Assembly (NCBI GenBank): GCA_947476535.1 | Contig: CANJRC010000009.1 | Coordinates: 142 to 64,141, forward strand | Direction of reading: 5' to 3' | Source of the DNA: Betaproteobacteria bacterium | Lineage (GTDB): Bacteria; Pseudomonadota; Gammaproteobacteria; Burkholderiales; SG8-39 | DNA: 64,000 nucleotides | Part shown: one piece after another, positions 20,018 through 30,690 of the stretch | How the letters are laid out: each line of letters starts with the position of its first letter | Position numbering within the stretch: position 1 is the first letter of the stretch | Program-made: the position numbers and the translations under genes | The notes under the pieces: model-generated | Told to the model about the DNA's origin: nothing | The model's input: only the letters and a program-made list of their open reading frames with translations | The model's database searches: none

Positions 20018-21895
20018 TCAGTTCACCGCATGCAGCAACGAGTCGAACAGCGTACTCGCCACCGAGATCAGTTTGCCTGCCGCCTGGTAGGCCTGCTGGT
20101 AACGCATCAGGTTGGCTGCCTCCTCATCGAGGTTGACGCCGGAGATGGAGGCGATGGAATTGTTGGCGCTCTCGAGCAGGCTGTCCTGCGATTTCATCGC
20201 CATGTTGATTTCCTGAGTCTTGGCGCCGATGCTCCCAACCAGGTGGGCGTAAGCGCCTGACACGCTCATGCCGGCCACCAGCGCGGCCTGCGACAGACCG
20301 GCCAGCGCCAGCGCATTGCGGTTGTCGCCGGTAGCCCCGGTGTTCGGCCCCACTGTGAATACGTCACCGACCTTCGGCGTGCCCGATATGCTGACGGTCC
20401 ATCCGTTGTAGCTAATGGCGCCGCCCGCGGTATAGGCAACCCCCGCCGGATTGCCGGTGCCGACGCCTCCCACATTGAAAGTCGATGCACTGGTGAAGGT
20501 GATCGTCACCGGTTGCAACAGGCTGGCACCCAGCGAGTTCACGCTGCCGGCCGAAATGACTCCGTCACCAGCGTTGGCAACGGAGGATGCGCTTCGCACC
20601 GGCGCACTGGCCGCGATCTGCGAGACATTGCTGATGGCCACCGACATGCCGGTGGCACCCGCACGCGTGGGCTGGATCAGGAAACGATCGCCCGCCGCCG
20701 CCGTCCCCGCGGCGACGGCAATGGTCAGGCCATCCAGGGTCTGCGGCAGCGTGGCGTAGGTGGCCTGCACGCGGTCCGACAGGCGCGTGACGGTGTAATT
20801 GATGCCGTCGTAGTCGACCTGATAATCGCTGGCGGTCAGCCCGGAGTAACTGCTGACCGTCGCCGTCAGGGAGGCGGTTCCGGTATTGTTCGTCGATCCA
20901 TTGACCAGCGGCACCGCGACATTGAAGAAAGTCCCGCCCGGCAGCCCGTTACGATCCTGCCCCAAGCGATGCTGGTCGTTGAATCCCGCCGCCAGCGTCA
21001 TCGCGAGCCTGCCGATCTCGTTGCGCACCGGCTGCAGGGTCTGGTCGCGAAAGGCGAGCATGCCGCCGAGAACACCGCCGGAGATGTCGCTCTGGCGCAG
21101 CATCTGGATGGTGGATCCATTGAAAGCGCCCAGGGCCAGCTTCGAGGCGTCCAGGTCGTCGCGCATGAGTACCAGTTTGATCGCTGTGTTCCCCAGCACC
21201 AGCGGCTGGCCATTGGTGAGGAACAGGTTGACGGCACCGTCCTGCACGACCACCGCCCGCACCTGGCCATTGAGCTTGGCGATCAGGGCATCGCGCTGGT
21301 CGAGCAGGTCGTTGGGCGGCTGCCCGCTGCCCTGCGCATTGGCGATGGCGCCGTTCAACACAGCGATCGACTGCGAGTACCCGTTGATCAGATCGACCGA
21401 CGTGCGGATCTGCCCGTCCGCACGCGTCTGCATGTCAGCGAGGGCCGCATCCGCCGCCTTGAAGCGCCCGGCGACTGCCTGCGCCCCGGACAAGAGGCCC
21501 TGGCGCGCCACCGGGTCGGCGGGGTTGGCGGCCAGGCCCTCGACGCTGGAAAAGAAATCATCCAGTGCTGCGCCCAGGTTGGCGTTGGGATCGCTCAGCA
21601 AGCCGCTCAGCCGGCCGAGTTCCGTGGCATGCGCCGATGACTCCGCACTCTGTGCCTGCAGCGCCTGCGCCTGGGTGAGCAGGTAGTCGGCGTATACCCG
21701 CCGGATCGAGGTGACGTCGGAGCCGCCGCCGATGAAGCCCGCGCCGGTGAACTGCCCCGACCCCTGCGACTGCTCGATCTGCTGCCGGCTGTAGCCAGTC
21801 GTGTTGACATTGCTGATGTTGTGGCCCGTGGTCTGCATGCCGATCTGTGCGGCATTCAGACCGCTGAGCGCAACGCCGAATATGCCGCTGGCCAT
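20018..21895 (-). CDS. flgK: flagellar hook-associated protein 1 FlgK
   Basis: 625 aa. N-terminus MASGIFGVALSGLNAAQ...TTGHNISNVNT and C-terminus EEAANLMRYQQAYQAAGK. Confidence 0.9.
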   Translation of the reverse strand: MASGIFGVALSGLNAAQIGMQTTGHNISNVNTTGYSRQQIEQSQGSGQFTGAGFIGGGSDVTSIRRVYADYLLTQAQALQAQSAESSAHATELGRLSGLLSDPNANLGAALDDFFSSVEGLAANPADPVARQGLLSGAQAVAGRFKAADAALADMQTRADGQIRTSVDLINGYSQSIAVLNGAIANAQGSGQPPNDLLDQRDALIAKLNGQVRAVVVQDGAVNLFLTNGQPLVLGNTAIKLVLMRDDLDASKLALGAFNGSTIQMLRQSDISGGVLGGMLAFRDQTLQPVRNEIGRLAMTLAAGFNDQHRLGQDRNGLPGGTFFNVAVPLVNGSTNNTGTASLTATVSSYSGLTASDYQVDYDGINYTVTRLSDRVQATYATLPQTLDGLTIAVAAGTAAAGDRFLIQPTRAGATGMSVAISNVSQIAASAPVRSASSVANAGDGVISAGSVNSLGASLLQPVTITFTSASTFNVGGVGTGNPAGVAYTAGGAISYNGWTVSISGTPKVGDVFTVGPNTGATGDNRNALALAGLSQAALVAGMSVSGAYAHLVGSIGAKTQEINMAMKSQDSLLESANNSIASISGVNLDEEAANLMRYQQAYQAAGKLISVASTLFDSLLHAVN

Positions 21896-21958
21896 GGGAC
21901 TACCTCAATACCTTGCTACCGGCCATCGCTGGCCTGGCGAAATCCATTATCAGGCGAT

Positions 21959-22999
21959 TCATGCCACGCCCTGCATGGCCAGTGTCTGGTTGATCACCTG
22001 GGTGAGCTTGCGCGCATAGGCCGGGTCAGTGGCATAGCCCGCGGCCTGCATGCGCCCGGCAAACACCCCGGCGTCGCCGCCCGCGTTCTTCAATCCCGCG
22101 TACCGCGTATTGCGAGCCATCAACCCCGCATAGTCTGAAAATGCATCACCGTAGGACGCATAGGCGCGGAATTTCTCCACCGACTTGCGCGGCACACCGT
22201 TCACGTATTCGGTGGTCACGGCATCCACGGTCGCGCCGGTCCAGTTGCGCCCGGCCTTGATGCCGAACAGGTTGTGCGAGGTGCTGCCATCCACGGCCTT
22301 GATCTCGTGCTTGCCCCAGCCGGACTCCAGCGCCGCCTGCCCGAGGATGAAGTGCGCGGGAATGCCTGAGGACTTCTGCGCCTCAACCGCATGGTCCATC
22401 ATGCGCCGCACGAAGTCCTGCGGCGCGCCAGCCGCGGGCGTGCTGCCGGCTCGGCCGGTCGCCTGACCTGCGGCCGGTGCCATGGGTCGCACCACGCTTG
22501 CAGCACCACCTGCACCGGGCATCGGTGCCACGGCAGCAGATGAGGCGGCGCGATTGGCCGCGTCGAGTTTTTTCAGCAGGCCTGATCTGCCGACTTCACC
22601 CGGCGCCCCTGGAGCACCCGGTCCACCCTGGCTACCCTGACTCCTGGACAATTGCTTCATCATCAGCTCGGCCAGACCAAGCCCTTTGCCCGACAGGGTC
22701 TGCGCCCACTGCTCATCGAGCATGCCGGTGGCCATGCGCGAGGCGTCCGAGCTGAGCATGTCCTCCTTGGGCAGCGCCTCGCGCATGCTCTTCATCAGCA
22801 TGTTCATGAACAGCGCCTCGAACTGCTTCGCCGCCTGCCGGACCGCCGCTTCCGGCGCATCCTTGGCGGTGCGCTTGAGGGCATCCAGCGAACGCACGTC
22901 GCTCGCCAGGCGGGAGGAGGCGTCCGCCGCGGTTCCATTCAGGCCCGGTGCGTTCAAACCCGGCGCCCTCGACAGCGACACATTGGCATTCGGGTCCAT
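21959..22999 (-). CDS. flgJ: flagellar rod assembly protein / peptidoglycan hydrolase FlgJ
   Basis: Start at MDPNANV (22999), just after the flgI stop. Has the rod-binding motif AAKQFEALFMNMLMKSMR and a C-terminal glucosaminidase (GWGKHEI...NLFGIKAG). Confidence 0.85.
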   Translation of the reverse strand: MDPNANVSLSRAPGLNAPGLNGTAADASSRLASDVRSLDALKRTAKDAPEAAVRQAAKQFEALFMNMLMKSMREALPKEDMLSSDASRMATGMLDEQWAQTLSGKGLGLAELMMKQLSRSQGSQGGPGAPGAPGEVGRSGLLKKLDAANRAASSAAVAPMPGAGGAASVVRPMAPAAGQATGRAGSTPAAGAPQDFVRRMMDHAVEAQKSSGIPAHFILGQAALESGWGKHEIKAVDGSTSHNLFGIKAGRNWTGATVDAVTTEYVNGVPRKSVEKFRAYASYGDAFSDYAGLMARNTRYAGLKNAGGDAGVFAGRMQAAGYATDPAYARKLTQVINQTLAMQGVA

Positions 23000-23001
23000 G
23001 G

Positions 23002-24171
23002 TCAGATGATCTCCAATTCGGCTCGCAGCGCACCGGCGGAGGCCATCGCCTGCAGGATGGCCAACAGATCCATCGGCGTGGCGCCCAGCGCATTGAGCGC
23101 CTTCACCACATCGGCCAGCTTGACGCCGGCCTCCATCATCACCAGGTTGCCGCCCTCTTGCTGGATCTTCACGTCGGTCTTTTCCGTGACCACGGTCTTT
23201 CCGTCGGAAAGGGGCGCAGGCTGGCTTACGGCGGGGGTCGCGCTGATCGTCACCGACAGATTGCCGTGCGCCACGGCGCACGGTTCCAGCGTCACCGCCT
23301 GGTTCATGATCACCGAGCCGGTACGCGCGTTGACGATGACTCGCGCGGCGGCAATCGCCGAGTCGACGCGAATGTCCTCCACGCGGGCAAGGAACGACAC
23401 CCGTTCATTGGCCTGCATGGGGGCGCGCACCCGCACCACGCGACCGTCCACCGCCTGTGCCGGCTGTTCATGCGGGAACTGCGCGTTGACCGCGGCAGCC
23501 ACGCGCTGTGCCGTACCGAAATCCGCGATATGCAATTCGAAATCGATGGCGTCACCCTGCATCATGGCGGAGGCTACTGCGCGCTCCACCGTCGCACCGT
23601 TGGGAATGCGCCCGGAATTGAGCTGGTTGATCTGCGCCTTGCCGCCCCCCCCGGAGGCGCCCGCCCCGGGAATCACCACATTGCCCTGCGCCATCGCGTA
23701 CACCTGCCCGTCGGCACCGCGCAACGGCGACAGCATCAGGGTGCCTCCGCGCAGGCTTTTGGAATTGCCCACCGAGGACACGGTGATGTCCATCAACTGG
23801 CCGGGCTGCGCGAAGGGCGGCAGCACCGCCGTCACCATGACCGCCGCCACGTTCTTGAGTTGAGGATTGACGCTGGCAGGAAGGTTGATGCCCAGCTGCG
23901 TCAACATCGCGCGCATGCTCTGAATGGTGAACGGCGTCTGCGTGGTCTGGTCGCCGCTGCCGTCAAGCCCGACCACCAATCCATAGCCGAACAACTGGTT
24001 GGGGCGCACCCCCTGCACACTGGCGAGATCCTTGATGCGCTCGGCCCGTGCGCTGCCCATCCCGGTCCAGAGCATGATCAGCAGCAATGGCACGAACAAG
24101 GCCGGTCGCCGCGCCCAGGTGTTGCGAACAGTGCGTGATTGACAAGCGGTCATGTCGGGGTGCGCTTCCAT
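23002..24171 (-). CDS. flgI: flagellar P-ring protein FlgI
   Basis: Signal peptide, then ERIKDLASVQGVRPNQLFGYGLVVGLDGSGD. The start is either 24171 or 24153; the ORF-track start at 24357 overlaps flgH. Confidence 0.9.
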   Translation of the reverse strand: MEAHPDMTACQSRTVRNTWARRPALFVPLLLIMLWTGMGSARAERIKDLASVQGVRPNQLFGYGLVVGLDGSGDQTTQTPFTIQSMRAMLTQLGINLPASVNPQLKNVAAVMVTAVLPPFAQPGQLMDITVSSVGNSKSLRGGTLMLSPLRGADGQVYAMAQGNVVIPGAGASGGGGKAQINQLNSGRIPNGATVERAVASAMMQGDAIDFELHIADFGTAQRVAAAVNAQFPHEQPAQAVDGRVVRVRAPMQANERVSFLARVEDIRVDSAIAAARVIVNARTGSVIMNQAVTLEPCAVAHGNLSVTISATPAVSQPAPLSDGKTVVTEKTDVKIQQEGGNLVMMEAGVKLADVVKALNALGATPMDLLAILQAMASAGALRAELEII

Positions 24172-24175
24172 CAGG

Positions 24176-24859
24176 CTAGCGGAACGGAATGAAGGAAAGG
24201 AAGAAGCGGCCGAGGAAGCCGACCACGCGCGCCGGATCGACGCTCGAGCGGGAGACGGTTTCGATGCGTGCGTCGGCGACCTGCGCCGAGGCCACGACGT
24301 TGCCCGGCTGAATGGTTGCCGGGGAAACGATGCCGGAGAAGCGCAGCGTGTCCACATCGTCGTTGATGCCGATCTGTTTCTCCCCGGCGACGCGCAGGTT
24401 GCCGTTCTCCAGCACCTCGGACACGGTTACAGTAATTGTTCCGGTGAACAGGTTGTTGCTCGATACGCCGTCCTTGTTGTCCAGCTTGGTGGTGGCACTG
24501 GCTTGCAAGTTGGTGTCCTGCGTCATCTTGCCCGGCAGGCCAAACACCTTGGGCACGGAGGCAGTGACGCTGGCCGAGCGCGCGGCGTTGTCGGCAGTGC
24601 TGTTGGTGGCGGTGGTTTTCTCGCTCAGCGTGATCACCAGCGTGTCGCCGGGATAGCGCGCGCGAATGTCCTCGAACAGCGGCCGGAACGTCGAAAGCTG
24701 GAAGATGGCCCCACTGGCACTGAGCCGCGACGACGCGATCGCGCGCGGCTCCGTTGCCCTGGTGTCTTGGATCTTGACGTTGTTGGCGCATGCGGCCAGA
24801 AGCAACACGGCCATACCGACGGCGAATCGCAATGGCAACTTGATCTTGGCTGAGGTCAT
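24176..24859 (-). CDS. flgH: flagellar L-ring lipoprotein FlgH
   Basis: 227 aa with a lipobox (LLLAAC), in the conserved flgG-H-I order. Confidence 0.9.
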   Translation of the reverse strand: MTSAKIKLPLRFAVGMAVLLLAACANNVKIQDTRATEPRAIASSRLSASGAIFQLSTFRPLFEDIRARYPGDTLVITLSEKTTATNSTADNAARSASVTASVPKVFGLPGKMTQDTNLQASATTKLDNKDGVSSNNLFTGTITVTVSEVLENGNLRVAGEKQIGINDDVDTLRFSGIVSPATIQPGNVVASAQVADARIETVSRSSVDPARVVGFLGRFFLSFIPFR

Positions 24860-24870
24860 GGCAGCTCCGA

Positions 24871-25653
24871 TCAGAGTTGTGACAGCCGCTGCAGCATCTG
24901 GTCGGAGGTCTGGATCGCCTTGGAGTTGATCTCGTAGGCGCGCTGGGTCTGGATCATGCTCACCAGCTCTTCCACCACGTTGACGTTCGAGGTCTCCACA
25001 TAGCCTTGGCTCACCGTGCCCAGCCCGTTCACGCCCGGTGTGCCGGTGGTGGCCGTTCCCGAGGCCGAGGTCTCGAGATAGATGTTCTGCCCCTGCGACT
25101 GCAGGCCGGCCGGGTTGATGAAATTCGCCGTCTGCAACGCGCCCACCTGCGTGGAGGCCGTGGAGCCGCTCTGGGTGATGCTGATGGCGCCGTCCTGCGC
25201 CACGGTGATGGAGAGCGCGCTGGCGGGAATGGTCACCGCGGGTTGCACGGCAAAGCCGTTGGAGGTCACCAGCTGCCCCTGCTGGTCCACATGGAATGAG
25301 CCGTCGCGCGTGTAGCCCGTGGTGCCGTCTGGCATCAGCACCTGGAAGAATCCCTGCCCGTTGATGGCGATGTCAAGGGAGTTCCCGGTCTGCTGCAGGT
25401 TGCCCTGGGTGTGGATGCGCCCGGTGGCGATCGGGCGCACGCCGGTGCCGATCTGCAGCCCCGCGGGGATCTGCGTCTGCTGCGACGACAATGCCCCCGG
25501 CTGGCGCAGCGTCTGGTACAGCAGATCCTCGAACACGGCGCGCGAGCGCTTGAAGCCGTTGGTGCCTACATTGGCGAGGTTGTTGGAGATGACATCGAGC
25601 TGGGTCTGCTGTGCGTCCAGACCGGTCTTGGCAATCCATAGCGAGCGAATCAT
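24871..25653 (-). CDS. flgG: flagellar distal rod protein FlgG
   Basis: 260 aa. N-terminus [12 protein letters not shown]...ISNNLANV and C-terminus [16 protein letters not shown]. Confidence 0.95.
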   Translation of the reverse strand: MIRSLWIAKTGLDAQQTQLDVISNNLANVGTNGFKRSRAVFEDLLYQTLRQPGALSSQQTQIPAGLQIGTGVRPIATGRIHTQGNLQQTGNSLDIAINGQGFFQVLMPDGTTGYTRDGSFHVDQQGQLVTSNGFAVQPAVTIPASALSITVAQDGAISITQSGSTASTQVGALQTANFINPAGLQSQGQNIYLETSASGTATTGTPGVNGLGTVSQGYVETSNVNVVEELVSMIQTQRAYEINSKAIQTSDQMLQRLSQL

Positions 25654-25706
25654 GGCGTCCTCTCAGAAATTTGGCTGTAGCCGCAACGTGCATTCACGGC
25701 GAATCA

Positions 25707-26507
25707 TCAGCTGCCCACCTGCAGCAGCTGGCCGGCGCTTCGCGAATTGGCCTCGGCGGTCTGCAACAGCTTCATGTGCAACTCGAACTGGCGCGCCGCG
25801 CTGATCATGCCAACCATGGCGTCCACCGGATTGACGTTGCTGCCTTCGAGCGCGCCGCTGGTCAGCGTGATCCGCTCATCGGCCGCGGCGGGCCGGCCGC
25901 TGGCGGTGCGGAACAGCCCGTCGTCGCCCTTCACGATGTCCTTGCGTGCCGGGTTGGCCATCTTGATGCGGCCCAGGGTCTGTACTTCACTCAGTGCCTG
26001 ACCGTCGGTCTGCGACGACACCGTGCCATCGGGCGCAATAGTCAGGATGGAATCGGGCGGCACCGAGATCGGACCGCCATCGGACAGGACCGGCAACCCA
26101 CCCGCCGTCTGCAACAGACCGTTGGACCCGACTTCCAGCGCACCGTTGCGCGTATAGGCTTCCTTGCCGTCACGCCCCTGCACCGCGAACCACCCATCCC
26201 CCTCGATCGCCACATCGAGCTTGCGGCCGGTTCTTTGCACCGGCCCCATGGACAGGTCGGCACCGGAAGTGGTTTCCACGGAGAACACCTGGGTGCCCGG
26301 CGACTGAGTGCCCGACTGCGCCGAGGGGCCTGCGGTGGCGCCCAGCGCAGCTCCGCCAAGCCCCAGCTCCAGTGCGATGGAACGGAAGGCCAGCGTGGCG
26401 GCGCGAAATCCGGGCGTGCTGGCATTGGCCAGGTTGGCGGCGAGGTTGTCCTGGCGCTGCATCACGCCCTTGGCCCCCGACATCGCCACGTAGATCAACT
26501 TGTCCAT
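25707..26507 (-). CDS. flgF: flagellar proximal rod protein FlgF
   Basis: 266 aa with rod-family termini (NLANASTPGF...MISAARQFE). Confidence 0.9.
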   Translation of the reverse strand: MDKLIYVAMSGAKGVMQRQDNLAANLANASTPGFRAATLAFRSIALELGLGGAALGATAGPSAQSGTQSPGTQVFSVETTSGADLSMGPVQRTGRKLDVAIEGDGWFAVQGRDGKEAYTRNGALEVGSNGLLQTAGGLPVLSDGGPISVPPDSILTIAPDGTVSSQTDGQALSEVQTLGRIKMANPARKDIVKGDDGLFRTASGRPAAADERITLTSGALEGSNVNPVDAMVGMISAARQFELHMKLLQTAEANSRSAGQLLQVGS

Positions 26508-26535
26508 GCACGCACTCCTTTACTGGCTTGGCCGA

Positions 26536-27759
26536 TCAGCGCATTTGGATCAGCGTCTGCAACACCGAATCCATGGTCTTGATGCTCTGCGCGTTGGCCT
26601 GGTAGACGCGCTGCGCGGTGATCATCGCCACCAGCTCCTGCGACAGGTCGACGTTGGAGTCCTCCACAGCTCCCGACTGCACGGTACCCAGGTTGCCGCC
26701 GCCGGGCGCGCCGATCAGCGGCGCGCCGGAGCCGATGGTCTCCGCCCAGCCGTTGGAGCCCAGTGCCCGCAAGCCCTGCGGATCCGTGAAGTTCGCCAAC
26801 ACCACCTGCCCCTGCTTGCGCGTCTGGCCGTTGGAGTAGCGCGCCACCACCACGCCGGAGTCGTCTACCGAGAAGCCGCTGAGGCGGCCGGAGGCGAAGC
26901 CGTCCTGGTCGAGCGAATTGACGCCGAAGGTGCTGCCGAACTGCGTGCTGCCGGTAAAGTCGATGTCGACGCTGAAGGGCGACGCGGCGCCGTTGGCCAG
27001 CACCGCGCTGGTAGGCAGCGGAATCGTGCTCAGGGCCAGGTCCAGCGCACCGCTGCCCTGGAACACCAGGGTGCCGACCGGGCCGGCGCCCATCTGCACG
27101 CCGTCGAGGGCCGCCATGACGCTCCAGGTGTTGCCCACGGTATGCAGGAAATAGGTCGACAGGCTGTGCGAATTGCCCAGGCTGTCGTACACCTGCAGCG
27201 AGGTGGAACTGTTGTAAGTGGTCGGCGAGTTAACGTTGAATGCCGCCGCCGGCATGATGGCCGCGCGTGAATCCAGGTTTACTTCAATGTCGGCCGAAGT
27301 GGTAATCGTCGGCGGGATGTCGGTGGTTGTAACCTGCAGGTCGGTGGGTGCCGACGCGACGATGACCCCCGCCGCCGTCGCTGGATAGCCAGTCAGGTGA
27401 GCACCCGCGCCATTAACGATGTAACCGGTCTTCTCGAGCTGGAACTGGCCGTTGCGCGAAAAGGAAATGGTGCCGCCGTCGTTCATGCGGAAAAAGCCCT
27501 GGCCATTGATGGCAATGTCCAGCGGGCTATTGGTGACGGTGAGGTTTCCCTGGGTGAAGCTGGGCAACACGGCAGAGACGGCGGCGCCGATGCCCACCGC
27601 CTTGGAGCCGCTGCCAGCGGCAGAACTGGCCATGATGTCGCCGAACTGCGCGGTGGATTTCTTGAAGCCGACGGTGTTGGCATTGGCCACGTTGTTTCCG
27701 ATGACATCCAGGTTCTTGGTTGCCACGTCCAGGCCGCTCAGTCCTTGCTGAAAACTCAT
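26536..27759 (-). CDS. flgE: flagellar hook protein FlgE
   Basis: 407 aa. N-terminus MSFQQGLSGL...IGNNVANANTVGFK and C-terminus ELVAMITAQRVYQAN. Confidence 0.95.
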   Translation of the reverse strand: MSFQQGLSGLDVATKNLDVIGNNVANANTVGFKKSTAQFGDIMASSAAGSGSKAVGIGAAVSAVLPSFTQGNLTVTNSPLDIAINGQGFFRMNDGGTISFSRNGQFQLEKTGYIVNGAGAHLTGYPATAAGVIVASAPTDLQVTTTDIPPTITTSADIEVNLDSRAAIMPAAAFNVNSPTTYNSSTSLQVYDSLGNSHSLSTYFLHTVGNTWSVMAALDGVQMGAGPVGTLVFQGSGALDLALSTIPLPTSAVLANGAASPFSVDIDFTGSTQFGSTFGVNSLDQDGFASGRLSGFSVDDSGVVVARYSNGQTRKQGQVVLANFTDPQGLRALGSNGWAETIGSGAPLIGAPGGGNLGTVQSGAVEDSNVDLSQELVAMITAQRVYQANAQSIKTMDSVLQTLIQMR

Positions 27760-27815
27760 GCTGTTCTCCTTGAGTTGCGCTTAATCAGATCAGATGAAAC
27801 TTTTCTTGCTTCCCC

Positions 27816-28499
27816 CTATTGGAGGATGCGCTTCACGTCCGCGAGAGCGACATTGCCCACGCCACCGACGCTGAGCACGACCCCGCTGCTGGCGCGGCTC
27901 ACGCCATCGACGCGCCCGATCACCAGGGATTGCGCGCTGACGGTTTTGTCCTGCGCAAAGGCATGCAGCGTGAATGTGTAATTGCCCGGTGCCGCCGCAA
28001 CACCGGCATCGGACATGCCGTCCCACTGGAAGGCATGGATGCCTTCCGGTTGCGCGCCGAGATCCACGCTCTGCACCTGCACCCCGGCCGCATCGGTGAT
28101 GATCACGGCGAGCTTGTCCACCGCTTGATCGAGCTGGAAGCCTGCCGAGGCGCTGCCATTGGCTAGCGCCAGCAGATCGCCATTCGCCATGACCTGGCGC
28201 CCGGCCAGTGCAGCCGCCTGCACCGTCTGCAGGTTGTCGAATCCCGAGGCCATGCCCTTCATGGTGGCATTGAGCTGCTCCACACCGTTCACCGTGCTCA
28301 ACTGCGCCATCTGGCTGGTGATGGCCGCGTTGTCCATCGGATTGAGCGGGTCCTGGTTTTTCAGCTGTGCCACCAACATGGTCAGGAATCGATTCTCGGT
28401 ATCGGCCGAACTGCCCGCGCCGGCCTTGCTTGCCGCGGCCGCGCCGATTGCCGGCGTTGTCGTCGGAATGTTGGCCAGAGGGGATTGGATCGTGGTCAT
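27816..28499 (-). CDS. flgD: hook capping/assembly protein FlgD
   Basis: 227 aa with FLTMLVAQLKNQDPLNPMD. Confidence 0.9.
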   Translation of the reverse strand: MTTIQSPLANIPTTTPAIGAAAASKAGAGSSADTENRFLTMLVAQLKNQDPLNPMDNAAITSQMAQLSTVNGVEQLNATMKGMASGFDNLQTVQAAALAGRQVMANGDLLALANGSASAGFQLDQAVDKLAVIITDAAGVQVQSVDLGAQPEGIHAFQWDGMSDAGVAAAPGNYTFTLHAFAQDKTVSAQSLVIGRVDGVSRASSGVVLSVGGVGNVALADVKRILQ

Positions 28500-28515
28500 G
28501 TTCGTCCTTTAAGGA

Positions 28516-28926
28516 TCAGGAACCCATGGAAAGGGTTTTAAGCAGCAGCGACTTGGCCGTGTTCATCACGTCCACGTTGGTCTGGTAGGAGCGCGAGGCC
28601 GCGATCATGCTGACCATCTCCTCCACCACGTTGACATTGCTCATCGTCACGTAGCCTTCGGCATCGGCACCGGGATTCTTGGGATCGTATTGCCGCCGCA
28701 GCGGGGCATCGCTCTCCACCACAGAGGTGACGGCAACGCCGGCCGCCCCGGGGGAACCGCCGGGCACCGGCGTGGCCTGGAACACCACCTGGCGCGCGCG
28801 ATACGGCTTGCCGTCGGGGCCGGCGACGCTGTCAACGTTGGCCAGGTTGCTTGCCACGGTGTTCAGGCGCTGGCCCTGCGCTGCCATCGCGGAACCGGAA
28901 ATCTCGAAGATGCGGGACAAGGACAT
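28516..28926 (-). CDS. flgC: flagellar rod protein FlgC
   Basis: 136 aa. Has ASNLANVDS and [14 protein letters not shown]. Confidence 0.95.
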   Translation of the reverse strand: MSLSRIFEISGSAMAAQGQRLNTVASNLANVDSVAGPDGKPYRARQVVFQATPVPGGSPGAAGVAVTSVVESDAPLRRQYDPKNPGADAEGYVTMSNVNVVEEMVSMIAASRSYQTNVDVMNTAKSLLLKTLSMGS

Positions 28927-28929
28927 GGT

Positions 28930-29301
28930 CTACCCCTGGATGGCGCTCAAGAGCGTCTTCAACTTGCCGTTAATGAAACGAAGGGTGGCTTCGTAGCGCA
29001 CCGCGTTGTCGACGAATTGCGTGCGCTCGGTGTCCATGTCGACGGCATTGCCATCGAGCCCGGCCTTGGCACCCGCTCGCGGCAGCGCATCGGGCGGCGC
29101 GACAGCCTTGCCCTGCTCGAGCGAACGCTGTGCGCTTGCGGACGTCACCTTGGTCAGGGCGGTCGCGAAGTCGAAGTCCACCGGCTTGTAGTTGGGCGTG
29201 TCGGCATTGGCGATGTTGGCCGCCAGCAGTTGCTGGCGCTGCGAGCGCAGCTTCAGCGCTTCGGCCTGGAACGCAAGCGAGGAATCGATGCGGTTCAACA
29301 T
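28930..29301 (-). CDS. flgB: flagellar rod protein FlgB
   Basis: 123 aa from MLNRIDSSLAFQ...ANIANADTPNYK. The ORF-track start at 29577 is an extension into the divergent promoter region. Confidence 0.85.
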   Translation of the reverse strand: MLNRIDSSLAFQAEALKLRSQRQQLLAANIANADTPNYKPVDFDFATALTKVTSASAQRSLEQGKAVAPPDALPRAGAKAGLDGNAVDMDTERTQFVDNAVRYEATLRFINGKLKTLLSAIQG

Positions 29302-29480
29302 GATGGTTGCGGCGTCGGCCTTGTATGCAGGGGGTTCTGCGGTGTTGGAAATTATGGGCGTCTCGCTCACCGGGTAAGCAACGAGCAACGCGCGTTTACC
29401 GCGCCTTCTCGTCGCTTCTGCAGTTACTCGTCGCTCTACACTGCGCGGCATCACAGACGATTCAGCGAGGTCCGCAGCCC

Positions 29481-30248
29481 ATGCTTCAAGACATCGAACC
29501 GCACGGCCACTCGAGCATCTCGTCCCGACATCGCTGGGCGCCTGCGCTCCTGCTGGCGATACTTGCGGCGCCGCCAAGCCTGGCCGCGGAACTGCCCGTT
29601 GCCGTGGCGCCTGAATCCGCCCCAGTCATGTCGCCTGCAGCGCTGGAAGAAACGCTGCGCCTCTACATCGACACCCAGACCGCAGGGCTGCCCGGGCGCG
29701 TGGAAATACAGATTGACTCGGTCGCAGGACGGCCGCCCCTGGCACCCTGCGCCTCGGTGGAACCGTTCATCCCGCCAGGCTCGCGGCTGTGGGGCCGCGC
29801 GACCCTGAGCATGCGTTGCCGCGAAGGGGCGCGCTGGACCGTTCTGATGCCGGTTCAGGTGAGGATCTACGGCCCGGGGCTGCGCAGCGCGCGTCTATTG
29901 CTCGCCGGACGTCCATTGGACGCCGGCGACTTCGAGGTCGTCGACATGGAGTTGACCCGTGAGGCGCCCGGCATCCTGACCAGCCTGGACGAAGTATCCG
30001 ACCAGGTGCTGGCTCGCGCTCTGCCAGCAGGCTCTTCGCTGCGGCGCGAGCATTTTCGTCCCCGTCCCGTGGCATCGGCTGGCGACCAGGTCAAGCTGGT
30101 GTATGTCGGAGCCGGGTTCTCGGTCGCCAGTTCGGGCAAGGTGCTGCATGCCGTGGCCGAGGGACAGACGGCACGGGTCCAGGTGGAGTCCGGACGCGTT
30201 CTGTCCGGCATCGCAAAGGCAGGACGCACGGTCGAAGTGCGGTTTTGA
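29481..30248 (+). CDS. flgA: P-ring assembly chaperone FlgA
   Basis: 255 aa from MLQDIEP, with a signal-like segment and a C-terminal SAF-like region (GDQVKLVY...GQTARVQVESGRVLSGI). Divergent from flgB. Confidence 0.75.
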   Translation: MLQDIEPHGHSSISSRHRWAPALLLAILAAPPSLAAELPVAVAPESAPVMSPAALEETLRLYIDTQTAGLPGRVEIQIDSVAGRPPLAPCASVEPFIPPGSRLWGRATLSMRCREGARWTVLMPVQVRIYGPGLRSARLLLAGRPLDAGDFEVVDMELTREAPGILTSLDEVSDQVLARALPAGSSLRREHFRPRPVASAGDQVKLVYVGAGFSVASSGKVLHAVAEGQTARVQVESGRVLSGIAKAGRTVEVRF

Positions 30249-30299
30249 AGGCAGTCAGCCGCAGTGCGGGCGCCCGGAATAATATTTTGAAAATGACTC

Positions 30300-30326
30300 T
30301 AAAGTTCCCGAAATGACGGCCGTTAG
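30300..30326 (+). promoter_or_regulatory. FliA (sigma-28)-type promoter for flgMN
   Basis: TAAAGTTC-N11-GCCGTTAG, about 70 nt upstream of the flgM ATG. Confidence 0.6.
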
Positions 30327-30398
30327 ACACTGGAGCGATCCTGCCACCAGGGTGTCAGCGGCAGGCTATTTGTGCAATCAGCAGCATGGGAGAACGCC

Positions 30399-30683
30399 AT
30401 GAAGATCGGCCCTACAGACGGAAATGTGCCCCTTATCCAGGTCGTTGGTGACAAACCGGCGAGCAGCAAGCCGGCCGGGCCCAGGCCCGATGCCGCCATC
30501 AGCTTCAGCAACCTGTCGACGCAATTGCATTCACTGGAGGCCAACGTCGCCAGCGCGGGGCCGGTCGACATGGCACGTGTGGAGGCAATCAAGCGAGCGA
30601 TACAGTCCGGACAGTTCAAGGTCAACCCGGACCTGGTGGCCGACAAGCTGATCGCCAGCGTCAAGGAAATGCTGGGCAAGTGA
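30399..30683 (+). CDS. flgM: anti-sigma-28 factor FlgM
   Basis: 94 aa from MKIGPTDG with GGGAGA upstream. The C-terminus VEAIKRAIQSGQFKVNPDLVADKLI is typical of FlgM. Confidence 0.85.
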   Translation: MKIGPTDGNVPLIQVVGDKPASSKPAGPRPDAAISFSNLSTQLHSLEANVASAGPVDMARVEAIKRAIQSGQFKVNPDLVADKLIASVKEMLGK

Positions 30684-30690
30684 GCTGCCA